A stretch of DNA of 32,536 nt from Psammoneis japonica (GCA_008632985.1 QPGO01000047.1:388608-421143); one strand, 5' to 3'; shown: positions 10,008-24,607, numbered from the stretch's first letter. Translations and numbers: made by a program. Notes: a model not told the origin generated them from the sequence alone.

Positions 10008-11408
10008 ATGCCCGATCCATCAACCTGGCTAGAAAGCAACGCGTTGAGTGCTAGCCTTCTCCTCGGAATTTTTGTCGGCTGCCTGATAGCTGGAGCGTCT
10101 TATGCCTCCGTAGCCAGGTATAGACGAGCCCATTATAGGCTCAAAAGGCACTTTCAAGCATTGCCTACTCTTGGCGGAGGAGATCATCCTAATGACGGAG
10201 AAGAAGAGCAAGATGAAGAGAATCATCAAGGGACCGTTGAAGGAGGTGCCGGAAATGACGACAACGATACGGATGATATTGAGGCGGCTCTGGCTCTGGA
10301 GCCACAGCAGTCAGGCGCTGAAGAAGAAGCGGGAGATGGAGAACATAACGACTATTCTCCAACAGCGACTGAGACGACACCGGTTCAAGATCTTGTGCTC
10401 GAGCTCACGATGAGACACGGAGTATATTATGTTTTGTTGTCGTCTCCAATTATTATTCTTGCCATCTTTGTTGATGTGTACCGGCCGCTGGTTGTAATTT
10501 ATGCGCTCCTCTGCTCTTTTGAGGTATCAGAAATCATCATTTACCCGTCTTCTGACTGGGTGCTTCGGTCATGTTACCATGAACGACGTGGAGTTGAACG
10601 CTTCTACAAGCCGTTATTCAAGAATAATCCATTTGGAACAAGTCTCCTGTCACTTTTTGCTCTGATTCAGGCGTTTGCCCTTGCTGCGGTTTGGATTTAC
10701 GTCGCCTTTGAGATAAACGAGCAAACCAACTCTTTTTACTGGATTTATCAAAACATCATGGGAGTTTGCATCGCCCTGTCTTTCCTCAAGAAGCTAGTAG
10801 TCAACTCACTCAAGGTATCTGCTTTCATATCAGGCGTCACGATGGTATACGATTTCTTCTTCATCTTCGTGGTCCCTCACATCATTGGCAGAGGCGAAAC
10901 TTCTTTCTTTGACGACGACATGTTTGATAGTGATTTCTGCCAAGGCAATCCTGACCACGTAGACTGCCAAGCAGAGCCGTTTGGAATACCCATGGTTCTG
11001 ACTATTCCCTGGATTAACGACGAGCGCGGACGCTACAGTCTCTTGGGATTGGGTGACATTTTGATGCCAGGTTTGCTGGTTAGTTTTGCGGCGCGTTTGG
11101 ACGAAGCCAAGCGCATCACGTCGCTAGTTAATCTACATGTTTCCAATGTCCCAGGTCATTGGTGGAAGGGTTATTTTGTTCCTCAGGTCACAGCCTATTC
11201 TGTTGGGTTAGTGGCTGCTTTCCTGGCTGTTGCCTTAATGGGGGTTACCCAACCAGCTCTCATCTACATAATGCCAAGTTGCTTAGCAACGTTCTTCTAT
11301 GTGGGACGGAGTGAGTTAAGGGAACTATGGAACGGTCCTGAGTGCATCCCATGGGCCAATAACTTAGTTCGCTACGCGGCGAAGGAAGTGCCGTACCGCA
11401 ATTCTTGA
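10008..11408 (+). CDS. Signal peptide peptidase-like intramembrane aspartic protease (peptidase A22B)
   Basis: 466-aa multi-pass ORF with catalytic motifs YD (MVYDFFF), LGLGD and QPALIY. Confidence 0.93.
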   Translation: MPDPSTWLESNALSASLLLGIFVGCLIAGASYASVARYRRAHYRLKRHFQALPTLGGGDHPNDGEEEQDEENHQGTVEGGAGNDDNDTDDIEAALALEPQQSGAEEEAGDGEHNDYSPTATETTPVQDLVLELTMRHGVYYVLLSSPIIILAIFVDVYRPLVVIYALLCSFEVSEIIIYPSSDWVLRSCYHERRGVERFYKPLFKNNPFGTSLLSLFALIQAFALAAVWIYVAFEINEQTNSFYWIYQNIMGVCIALSFLKKLVVNSLKVSAFISGVTMVYDFFFIFVVPHIIGRGETSFFDDDMFDSDFCQGNPDHVDCQAEPFGIPMVLTIPWINDERGRYSLLGLGDILMPGLLVSFAARLDEAKRITSLVNLHVSNVPGHWWKGYFVPQVTAYSVGLVAAFLAVALMGVTQPALIYIMPSCLATFFYVGRSELRELWNGPECIPWANNLVRYAAKEVPYRNS

Positions 11409-11529
11409 ACACCTCAGGCCGAGAATGACTGCACTGATTTACAGTGCGGCGTGGATGGATTCAACCTTGGTTACAATGGAAAAGTCGACCATAATGCCAT
11501 CTAGCACAACTGATTTTCCTGTTTAAGTG

Positions 11530-14500
11530 TAGAAATGGCCGCGACTGCGGCTCCGGCAATTTGCCACAAAGCCAATGCCATGACCAAGGGGGCTGCCAAC
11601 TCCTTCTCGCGGAAAAAAGGACAGCCGCTGCAGCCAGAAGCACAATGCACCATTGCCACCACTATGTTGAGTTCCAGCTCAGTTTGCACAACGTCTCCTC
11701 TAAGAAAAACAAAACCATGTCCAACAACCCTCTTTGCCACGTGGAACTCTGACAGAAAACGAGGCGAGAAAAAAAAAGAGAGAACAAAAGCAGCAGAGAC
11801 GCTCTCATTGACACAACAACGAACATGACTAAAACAGATGATGATGCTAAAGACAAATCACTTGAAACACAACTTTGGAATGCAGACCTTTTGTGCAAGT
11901 TGCCAGACAACAGAGCAGCAACAGGCCATTTTGAGACAATTGCTGAAGACAGTGCTTTCTGTCACTTGTCCCTCTCTTGTGGCCAGTGCACTCCCTGCAG
12001 AGCTCTCTGCTTGGTTGTGTCACAAGAAACAGGAAACCAGACCTCAAGCTGGAGCCTGCATCTGTGAGAAGCCTGGGTGCAAAGCTCCCAATGCAAGAGA
12101 GAGAGAGAGAGAGAGCCACGCAAGAAAAAGAAGGGTGTGGCCGCCGCCCAAGCAATCGAGGCTCACTCTGTGCTCATCAATGTGCGGTGTGACATTGACA
12201 AAAAGAAAGAACAAGGCTGCAGCAGCTTGAGGGTGAGATTGCAGCAGCTCAATCTGACAGCTTGCGATGCACAGAGCTGCTTCTTCATTGGATGGACATG
12301 TCTACACAGCCCAACAAGACATCAGGACAATGTGGCAGATGGGAGCGTGGGTTTCCGCCTCAGCTTCTGAGCGGTGGTGGGGGATGAGGCATCTGTGGGC
12401 TGTGCAAGTTTCATGAGCAGGAAGTCTGTGGAAACTGGGTCATTGTCTTTTGCCACATGAAGCAAGTTGAGCACTAAAAGAAATTCAGAAATGTGTTTCT
12501 TCTGCTGCGGCACTTTTGTTTTTCTTGTGTGTTTTGCTCTTTGTTGTTTTCCAGAAGGGCACACTTGAGTGGCTTTTGCCCTTTTCTCATCATTGTGTTT
12601 TCTGCAATTGCCTGTTCTGCATGCCACAGAAATGCAATTGATGGAAACAACACCAGCATTCTGCCAGCGCCATTGAAGAAAGCTCAAAGTTGACAAGGGC
12701 CAGCAGCTGCTGGGCTCATGAGCTGTGCCAACAAAAAATGCTGCAAAGCTCTCATCTGGTTTGGTGCTGCAAGTCATTGAAGATGACAAAAGAGAGCTCT
12801 GCTTTGCTTGAAGCACAATGAAGTGAGAAACTGCATGGTTGTGGGTGGGCTTCTTTGGGGACATCTGGCACATGGTCAAGGAGACAGCTCACAACAATGG
12901 GTGACTCCCAGGCCAGCTCAAAGTGCTTGTGAATGACCAATGCATTGTGATTGTCTGTGGATGGAAGGGGTGAAGAAGCAAGAGAGACAATGTCAGCACT
13001 GCTCCAGTGCTGTCTCATCTTTGCAAGTGGAGCAGAGAGGAGTGGCCACTCGAGTGCTGCTGTGTCTGCCTCAGTGCTGCTGGAGCAGAGCACAAGAGCA
13101 CACACACCAGTGCTTTGCAAAAATCTCATGGATTTTGGGTTCCATTTGGCAAGCTTGCAAAGAAGAGTGATGCTCTCACAGACACAAACAAACAAGCTCT
13201 GCGGACAAGCACAAATGTGAAAAAATCATTCTTGACAAGAGCCAACAAAGATCACACAGGCAGAAAATCAGACATCAATCTTCTGCAAACACATCATGCA
13301 CACTGGATCTGACTCAAACAATGTCTCAACATCCAGCTCAAAAACAAGTGACATTGCTCAAATGAAGTTGACAGCTGGTTGAAACCAAACAAATCACTCA
13401 ATTTTTAAGTTGGTTTGAACAATTTGCAACTGCAAAAACAACAAAAAAAGACACAGGGAATGACCATCAGGCTGACTGGCTCAGCATCATGCCAAAAAGC
13501 ACATCATTGCCACCAACCAACACACCAAATGCAAAACACAGGATGCTGCCTGGGGCACCCTGTCAATGACGGCATTGTGAGAAAGCAGCAGCAGAGCCAA
13601 AAAAGGACTGTGCACAACCAAACAAAAACAGCAGAGAGAAAAGACAAGAGGTTCTTGGAAATGTGACATGAAATGTGAAAGCAGGCAGCTTTCAGAACAG
13701 TGCAAAAAACTGATGCTTTTGCTTTGACACAACATGAGTTGCACCTGGGGCAAACACCATGGTGCTGCAACATTGCACAAAAGTGGGCAGAAGCATCATC
13801 ATCACCAAACTGTTTCCACACCAAAAACGTGCAAAGCTCATGACTCCCATGCACTCTTCTCTCCCAGCAGGCAAAGCTCTGGTGCCACTCAAATGATGAA
13901 TGTCACACAAAGAATTTGGCATTTGTTGAGTGACAAACAATGGGAGCATGGCACCAAGTGGAGCACAAGCACCAAGACTGGAGCACATGACACAATGCCA
14001 GAATGACCAAGAGAGACAGGGTGCTGTGCAGATGGCAAAAGACCATGGGGGGATGAAAAAAACAACAGAGCAAAGAGAAGAGAGTGGGCGGCAGAGAATG
14101 AAAACATGCAGGAGAGAAAGTTGACATTGCCAGAAACCCAAATTGTGGTGTGCATGGGTCAAATTGTCAGCAGCGTGCAGACAATGCAAAAGGCAATCAA
14201 TGAGATCAATTTGTGCAGTTTTTGTCAGAAATGAACTGTGCACCAGCAATTTGTTGCAGATGCACTGTTGTTGCTCCCAAGAACAAAAGCTGACAAGTCA
14301 CAAGTTTTGTTCATTGGTGCTCCCCACTTTGAGTGTCAATTTGTCGCATCTGCACAAGAAACCACCCACAATGAATTTGTTGCTGACATGTGCAAAATTA
14401 GTTTTGTGAGGGATCACATGCACTGCAAGACCAAATTTCCTTGGACATTGTTTCCCACTTTAAGTTTTCACTCAATTGTCAAAAAAGCCTTGGACCACAC

Positions 14501-15600
14501 CAAAGAAGCACTTGTTGAGAACACATCAATCTTGTCAAGCACAGATCAATTCTGAGTCAGAGCAACAACATTTTCCAGACATGAGACAGCTCTCTCCACA
14601 CAGCTTTGATCCCTTGACTTCCAGATCTTTTTTTTAATGCCACATCTTTCTCCCAGACTCAGAACAAGAGTTGACTCTTCAAAAACCATGGAGGGGGTTG
14701 CCAGCAGCTGGCAACAATGTGGGCAGCAGTGCAGCCAACAGAAGACAAAAAGACTGACACAGAGATGCAAAGTTGATGACTTTGGAAGGCCAGTTTGTGC
14801 CAAAATGGCAAGCCCAAAGAATCCTTTGCACCCTGGGAGGTTGGTGTGTCATGCATTTCCACCTGCATCTGCCAAAAAGAGGATGGTCAGATGACTTGCT
14901 GGCAAGCTGTCCAAGCGCACCGCCTTTGTCATTTGCCATGGTGTCGTGCTGGTGTCGTGCTCTCCCTTGAGCAAGAGGCTCCATTTGCAGAGCATGCAAA
15001 CCAAGAACACAGCTGGACATGGCAACACTGCCAGCCAAGCAACACACCAGCTGACTGCTGCACCCATTGTTTTGGGTGGAAAAGCATGGCCAGGGGGAGA
15101 GCAGCTGGGGCAATGCCCGCTGTTTTGGGCAGAAGCGCAGCCGGGAGAAGAGCAGCTGGACAGCTGGGACAAAGCAGGAAAAGAAAGGTGCTGGATCCTT
15201 TGTGCTCATTCTTGGCTCAGGCAAAAATGGCAGGAGGGGCACCATGCTTTTCCAGAGATCACATGCTGCCCCAGCACAAGTTGGTCACAAAGCATCAACA
15301 AAAAAGAAAGGTGCTGGGTTCAGGCAAAAAAATGGGGGGAGGAGGGGGCACCAAGCTTTTCTGGAGATCACGTGCTGTCCCAGAATGCAAGTCAGTCCAG
15401 ACTTGGTGCTTTCATGCACACTGGAGCTTTTTGCAGAGGGCGCACAAGGCAGGAGGTGTCTTCTGCCCTGCAGCGCTGCACTTTGCCATGGATGAGATGG
15501 GAGCGGAGATTGGATGGGATGCCGCCGTGTTTCGGTCGGGGACGGACACAAGCGGACAGGAGGCATGTTCGCAGTTTTTTGTTTGTGTTGTTGTATCCAC
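11530..15600. other. Heavily mutated block almost devoid of TpA and strongly depleted of CpG. Probable decayed repeat/mobile or duplicated DNA of unknown identity
   Basis: Only 6 TA dinucleotides by manual count in 11881-15540, few CG, large excess of TG/CA. No recognisable domain. Edges are gradual and approximate. Confidence 0.85.
12096..12115. repeat. (AG)10 microsatellite
   Basis: Directly visible. Confidence 0.9.
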
Positions 15601-15869
15601 AAAAGGTGTTTCGCGGCGCAGCATCTTCATCTGGGTTTGCAATTAAGTGCAACAATAACGTTCAACGTGTTGGAAGCTGACAGCCGCAAAGCACAACATG
15701 ACACTAAAGTCAGCAGCCGTAGCTGGCTAACGACTTGACCCAAGGAGGCGACAGCACTAAACGCGAGAACAAAAGCAGACCCTCCTACCAAGAAGTCATG
15801 TATGATATGAGCACGGCGTACCAGTCATTGATTTATCGAATCCAAACGAATCGGAATTGATCAAGCAAG

Positions 15870-16800
15870 TGTCAGTAGCCTGTAGACTAGTACTTCTGGG
15901 TTCTTCCAAGTAACAAAACCACGGCATCCCTCCGTCTCTCTTACAAAAGTTCAGGAAGCAATCTGAGCTGTATTTCGATTTACCATATATGAAACGAAGA
16001 AGAAATGGAAACGTAACGAGTGCAATGCACGAGGCTTTTTTGACGATGAATTGACAAAGCAGCGTCGGGATTGGAAAGAATGTATCGATGTAGGCGTGCC
16101 AGGTTCTCGTGACTGGTCCTTATTGGATGATGATAAGCGCAACGAGTGCTTGGACGGAATGAACCAACTTCCGGATCAAATTGCGTCTCTAATGGCCAAG
16201 GGGCTTTTTGTTTTAGACAAAATACTTGAGCAACCTCAAGAGTTAGCCAATGAGAAATCCATTGCATCGGTCGAGTTGGAGGCAACTGCCAGCGTTTTTT
16301 GGAGGCAATGAGGAATAATCACGCCTCGTATCTGAGAATCAATTATTATCCGCCGTGTCCCCAGACGGAACCCCACCTTCACTGCCTCCTTTGGGTACTG
16401 TATTTCGCCTCACAAGGATGCCGGATTGACGGGTGTCATTTACTGCAGGTGGCGCGTCACGAGCCTTGTCTTGCTGATGGCAGCATGTTCGATTTTGACA
16501 AGCTAGACTGGGTCACGGTGCGACCCATCGAGGGAGCGCTCACAATTAATGCAGGAGACATGGCCATGATTTGGTCTAATGGGCGCTATCGTGCCCCACT
16601 TCATCGTGTCAGAACCGTTCCTATCAAACGTAGATATTCTTCGCCATTCTTCTACAATCTTGGGTACAACACCCTTGTCTCGCCCGCACTGGTCGGTGAA
16701 CAGGAAGAACCACAGTATCATGGTTGTCTGTGGGGGTATTTCCGTGCTGTGCGATTTGCCGGAGACTTGACTGACTTGCGGATTATCGTGTGAAGAAGAA
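15870..16800 (+). pseudogene. 2OG-Fe(II) dioxygenase (IPNS/DIOX_N type) pseudogene
   Basis: GFFQVT/NHGIP, ARGFFDDELTKQRRDWKE, YLRINYYPPCP, ISPHKDAG (HxD), INAGDM..WSNGRY..PLHRV and RYSSPFF are split over several frames. Confidence 0.85.
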
Positions 16801-17044
16801 CAAGAACGACGAGTCGCCGCATTTGAAGAAAAAGCGGATTTCCATCAAGCCTTTAGTGTGGAAAGGTACGGCCTCTTCTTGTCGGCGAGGTGGATTAGTT
16901 CATGCGAGGGCGACGTTTTGATGAGAGGCTTCAATTTTATAGATCGTAAGGGACATTAGTATGATTGACAGAGTACACGACTGTACACCACTCTAGAGTG
17001 GGCGAATCATCGCTATCAGTGCTCTCTGTTCCAGCGTTAGCGTC

Positions 17045-19025
<1,981 letters not shown>

Positions 19026-19502
19026 TCAAAAAGTCCAAAGCGCGACCCTCAAGTGTCGCCCCATTTCAAAGTCATCGAGGTATGTTTTCCCGTGCGTCGC
19101 CAAACACGCGGAAACGGACTTTTCTCTCATCACTCATCACACAAACATCAACACGAGCATCAGCGATCAGCAACCATGGTTGTCACCGACGAACATGAGT
19201 ATCATCGACTTCGTGTTGATAGCATTGGTCTCATTGTTGTCCACACAAAAACTGATTCATAATGAAAACAAACGAAAATGTTCTCTGAACTCGCATTGTG
19301 TATTTTTATTCTCACATTCTCAGTGAGTGCACGCATCACCAACATCTCAGCACGGCATTTGCGAAAGTGACAGACTCTATTGATTAAATGTATTTTTTTG
19401 TTTTCTCAATTGCATTCTTGCAAGGAAGTGCAAACACTAACTTGCGTTTCTTTTTTTTGTCAAAGGTTGCTTTCGCCTGAATCATGTTGCCTATTAGCAG
19501 TA

Positions 19503-21733
19503 TGATACAGCCATGAGAAGCAGGGCACTTGCAGTATTATCGCAATGCCGCTCTGATGACAGCCGCACCTCATCGATTGATCGCCATCGTGGGGATTATG
19601 ATCAGTATGTATGAAGAAAGAGTTCATAAATAAAAGATCAACCAGCGAAGAAAGACATCGTCAAACAATTGCCTCTACTATATGAAAAATACGTGGCAGA
19701 GGAAAAGACATAATAGGAAATGTTGAACTTTCCTGACCCACACAACATCGATCAAAGCGTCAAAAAGCAACCGAATTGATCGCAACACACCACCATGATG
19801 TCGGAACATGTTTACCGGTAGTGACCATGATGTTAGAGGTCGGTTTCGGCCAATACATATATCCAGCCCGATATTAGTATACCGTATGGTGAAACGGTGC
19901 CAAGACTTTCTTTTTGCCGGGATTCCTCGTACATTCTACGTGTCTTTGTACTGACGACTGTCCGAGCGCCTTTCGAAAGGCATCGATTCAAGCTGTCACA
20001 ATTTCTTTGAAGGTACAAGCAACAAAGACATTGCATCTCCATCATCACCATGATGTCCTCTATCCTCTTTATGAACGCCGTGATCAATGTCAGCCACCAT
20101 GACTTGATTGCAGCTGTGATTCAACGCAAGAGCGCGAGCGATTGGCTTCGTTTTGCTCTTTGGGTCGGCATTGCGCCTTACTACAAGAACTCGATGTTGT
20201 TTCTATCACGATATTCTCAACGTTTATCTATGGATTGTACCAGGGGTTGTTGGGGCTCACGGAGGACTTTTTGCATGTCAAGCAGCAGTGGTTTCCGAAC
20301 GTCACCATCAAATCGATTTGGTCCTCCATCATCGGGTCTCCCATCTGGAGCAAACTCCATTTCGTTGCCATCAAGTCCAAAACCATCTTATTGAAGTGCA
20401 TGGGACTCGTTGTTGGCATGTCCAAGGAACGCATCAAGCGTGTCGACTTTGCGAGCGCAGCAGCCGTCTTGAAGCGCTTCGATTTGACTGCTGCGGTTGT
20501 CGTGTTTCACATCGGCATGGCTTTCAAGAATTTTGATGTCAGCAGCCTCATGGGATTTCTCTTGCGTCTCACATTGGCAGTGACTCTGGCTGTTCTCATT
20601 CGCATGCACTTGGCGGGATCGTTTTTACCATCAACCGAGGACGATCTGTCGGGCCATCGCGACGACCTTGTCAAGAAGCCTTGGAAGGAGAAGGGACAGT
20701 GCGTGTGTTGTCACCATTCAAACAAGACATGGAGAGCAAAGATTTTAAGGGTCCATTTTGACGATGACCTTGACCCGTTCTATGACGTGAAATTGGGCGA
20801 CGGACGCGAGAAGCAGACCACCGAGGACCACCTTACGGACCAGCTCGGCTCAGGTCACTTTCAGGTTTTTATTGACATCTTTGACGACGATCCGGATTGC
20901 AACACATTGTAAGGTGCTCAATGTGGGGAAGGGGATGTCGCCAGTGCAATCTTGTGACGATTGTTCCAACGAGATGTTCGACAGGGGAGGATTGCCGAGT
21001 GTCACATGTGGATGCGGTGTGACGAGTTTGCGTGTTGAATTCTTTGTTCAACTCGGGCTCTCTTTTTTCGAAAAAAAAAAGGCCTTTGCTGTCGAGATCA
21101 GAGGGCGACCATCTTCACACTTTTGAATGAGAGTTTGATTGATTGCATTGGGTCTTGAATTCAAGCTCGCATTGGACACACATTCAATTCGAGCTGATTC
21201 CGAAACATGCCATTGTTTCCGAACAGAGCATGTGAACGAGAACAAGAGATTCATGCGGCAATCAAACTCAAATTCGCACCGGTGTGAAGGTGGTGCCTTC
21301 TTTTTCGAAAGTGGAGGGGCGGCTGTTAAAAAATCGAGAAAGGAAAGTTGAAGTCGAGGAAACTGTTCAACACGAGAAACTCTTGCTCCCTCTGCAAGAG
21401 ACGCTTTGCCATTCTAATTCAGTTGGGCAATCTATTTTGGTTTCATTCAATCAAGATGAGCAGAGTCTTGTGCAATGAAAAGATAAACAAACAAGAAAAT
21501 TTAATCAACACTTCTCTGTCTTGTCTTGAACTAGATGAAAAGCACTGTTTGTCGTTCGTGTCACAGCCTGCACTCGCAATCGATCGATCCAAGGCTGAGG
21601 ACGTCACTGCACAACCGGCGGACTAGTGTGGCACCCTTTAGACTAGCTGCGGACTTGTCTCTTGTTCAGCACAGATTGACAGCAGCCACACTCTGCTGCC
21701 AGTCATCAAGAACAAATGCCAACAAACTGTGCA
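19503..21733. repeat. Copy C (inverted) of the triplicated unit. Core ~19762-21588
   Basis: Reverse-complement match to 4081-6445. Confidence 0.9.
20050..20912 (+). pseudogene. Disabled copy of the 293-aa membrane/Tudor-like gene
   Basis: 1-bp deletion near 20170 (frameshift), 18-bp deletion (PTSKFK lost) and YVYYR -> CVCCH. Confidence 0.9.
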
Positions 21734-21785
21734 GTGTCTCTGGTTGCAGTCAGGCCAAGTAGATCCATTCCACCTGCATGTCCCC

Positions 21786-22985
21786 TTAGATGAAACCACA
21801 AGAGAGCAAACGCCTTAACACTCGAAACATTTCGTGTGGAAGCTGGAAAGAATGCAGCTTGATTGTGAAACTCGAGGCACCAAGAAAGACATTTTCAATG
21901 CACTTTGCACGAATCGCCTTGGAGGCGAGAATTGCAGCAGTTTCTGGTTGATCCAGCACCCAGAGAGCAACGTCGTGGGTCTTTTCTGTCACTGTTTTGG
22001 CCTGCTTTATGTCCACTCCTTTGCTGCGGCAGGCCAAGAGGCCGAATGTCCTTGAAAAGATGTGCCAAGTGTGCATCCTCCGCCTTCTGTTCTGATGCTT
22101 CTTGGAATGAGTGTGCACGGCAAATGGACGTGCTTTTTTCTGCATCGAGCATGTCCGCCATGAGGAGACGTCTCTCTCCAAAGTGCGTTGGAGGCCCTCG
22201 CCCACCAATGCAGAAACATGCGAATGCCATGAGGGCAAAGGGCTTTCCAGCCTCAACAATGGCCGTGCTGGCTTTCCAATCGAAAAAGAAATCATCTCCT
22301 TCCTCTACGTTGTCGTCATGCTTCATGGCAAGTGCAAAGGCCAAGCGAATCAGATTCGAATCTCATCGCTGAGCCACCGTGTTGAACCGTAGTTTGCCAC
22401 ACCAACCATCCGTCAACAAATTAAAGTTGGAAATGTCGAAAGACATCAGAACTCTTTCTCGCATTCCCATGCCAAGAGGCGCTTCGGGTCCCACCAACTT
22501 GAGCGCTTCCTCCCTTCCACGGTCAACTTCTCCTTCAATCTCCTCCACACCTTTCCCAGACGCAATGAGTCGTTTCCCCCTTGACATGATCCATTGCGAC
22601 TTTCGCACTTCCCTGACACGATCAAGGCGAGCTAGAAGTGGAGCGAAAACATCCACTTTCCCCAGCTCCTCGGCAACAGGTCGAAGAGCAAGCCCAGTTG
22701 GCCAAAGGGAGGAGCTCCGATCTGCTTCTGTTGCAAACAAATCAAACCTGCTTCGACCATGTTCACTGCAAAATGCTTCCATGGTTGAAAACGCAGCGAT
22801 GACATCGACCCGATCACACTCAATGACGGGAACCGATCAGTGCGGTTCCCATGATTTCATTGGCATGGCGAAGACACCACTTGCTGCAGCAGTTTGCAGG
22901 ATCCACCGAAAACAACAATGGCGGAGCCTTCCAATGCATCAGAAGCCACATGGCAGCATCAACGCCTCTCGAGCCGACGGATGTG
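21786..22985 (-). pseudogene. Degenerate coding-like sequence of unidentified origin, TpA-depleted
   Basis: Protein-like frames (SVPVIECDRVDVIAAFSTMEAF...; LWVLDQPETAAILASKAIR...) broken by TGA and shifts. Not recognised as the continuation of beta-COP. Confidence 0.4.
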
Positions 22986-23049
22986 TCAAGTAAAAAAAAA
23001 CACGCTTCTTTCCGGAAATGGTTTCAAAGGCCTCCACATCAATTTCCTC

Positions 23050-23790
23050 CGCACAGTGTCCAAGTGTTCACCCAAGATCCAGAGACAAACACATGTTGCA
23101 TTGCTTGAAGAACTGTCGTTGATGAAACCCAACAACTTGGGCAAGATGGATCCTCGCAGTGCGATGCACTGTTCGACAATGGCTCTGACAAAAAGAGCAA
23201 CCTGCACAGAACCATCCGCGGCCAAAAAGTCCATGAGAGCAAAAACAACCGACTCGGCAAAATTGGGAAATCGCACAGCGCATCTGTGAACGGCCCAAAT
23301 CAGCATGTTCTGGCAGGCCATGCTCTTGGCTTCCGCCATGGTGCGACAGAGTCCTGCTCTTGAGCAGTCTCGGCCACAACCTCGCGATTGAGCATCAACA
23401 CAAAAATCAGCAACGTCCATGGCAACATCGAGAACCTTCTCGCAAAAATCAGTGCTGCGGAACCAAGCGTGCGAAGAATGCCCATCAGCAGCTGCAAGAT
23501 CTTGCAATGAAGAGTCTTGAGGTCTTCCAACCGTTCAAGAACAATGAGCTTGACAAGTTTAAGTTTGCACAGGTGGAGCGGCAATGGGTGCCGAAAAAAG
23601 CGACGCTGGAACACAAGCTGCCTCGTAGGACACGGCAGCAGATGTGCTGGAAAGCATTGGAAACGAGATCCGGACAAAATCGTGACTTTTGGGTAGGAAC
23701 ACGACGACACAGCTTGGACCATGACAAAGGCCGCCGCTGGACATTGTCAGCAAATCCATTGAGTTGGCAGACATGATTGAGTTCGGAACT
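23050..23790 (-). pseudogene. COPB1: Internal fragment of coatomer subunit beta (beta-COP)
   Basis: FVRI...MLSSTSAAVSYEAA, VKLIVLERLEDLK..ILQLLMGILRTL, AVHRCAVRFP..AESVV.ALMDFL, FVRAIVEQ and LWILGEH follow the beta-COP trunk order across frameshifts. Confidence 0.85.
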
Positions 23791-24292
23791 TGGCAAACAA
23801 CTCGACGTGATTTTGTGTCATTCACTCGGTGGTGTTGCGTGTTGTTGTTGCAGATGTGGTACGTTCTTGCTTTGCTTGTAATGCCAACAAACTTGAAGAA
23901 GAACGCTCGCTGCTTGCGACGTGCGGGTGTTCCTTGGACAGATGTGGCATTGTGTTTGGCGCCAAGGTTGGTTTGGGATGTGATGCTGTTGCAGTGGCAG
24001 CGCCGCTACAGTGTACTTCATCCAGCTTGTGGCCCGTCACGGACGGTGTGGTGGTGGCAAACCCCAAAAGGCAAAGCGAAAAGCGAAGTCATGGTCGGCT
24101 GTCATCATGGCGAGGAATCGCTGCAGTCGCTTGTTGAAATAATGTACCAATACAGATTCTAATATCTACATTGAAATTCCAAAATCACGTAGAATCACGT
24201 AGAATGGTACTGAACGAAACTGCTGCCGACGTACGAAGGCAGGACACGAGTGCTGTCACCCACGTACCGGAGGTATGTGAATATCCCTGCTT

Positions 24293-24607
24293 ATGCACAC
24301 GAACCACCTGGTGGTCCGTGTGCATTTTTGGGTGCACACGAACCACCTGGTGGTTCGTGTGCACCCTACGCAAAATGCTGCGTAGATTTGTACCGAATAA
24401 ATCTGAGTACTGTAAATCCGACGTAGGATCTACGTGTTTGTACCACCCAACACTTGTCCACCGAGCCGGCAGTCTGTGCCGGCCGTCGTGACAAATATTT
24501 TATGTCAAAGAAAGAGTTCGTCAGGGCCGGCGAACAACACCCCACTACGATGCGACTGGTATAAAATGTACGTAAATGCACAGGAACCAGCATGTGGTTC
24601 GTGTGCA
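24293..24607. repeat. Three copies of a 31-37 bp palindrome (TGCACACGAACCACC-T-GGTGGTTCGTGTGCA)
   Basis: 24293-24325 (one mismatch), 24330-24366 (perfect 18-bp arms) and 24577-24607 (degenerate). Confidence 0.92.

Noticed and set aside
11461..15738. Dozens of overlapping 60-280 aa Cys/His-rich ORFs as real genes or metal-binding proteins
   Set aside because: Explained by loss of TAA/TAG stops and TG/CA excess. They occur in all six frames with no recognisable domains.
24293..24607. CRISPR array
   Set aside because: Only three irregularly spaced palindromes, no unique spacers of uniform length, no cas genes, eukaryotic context.
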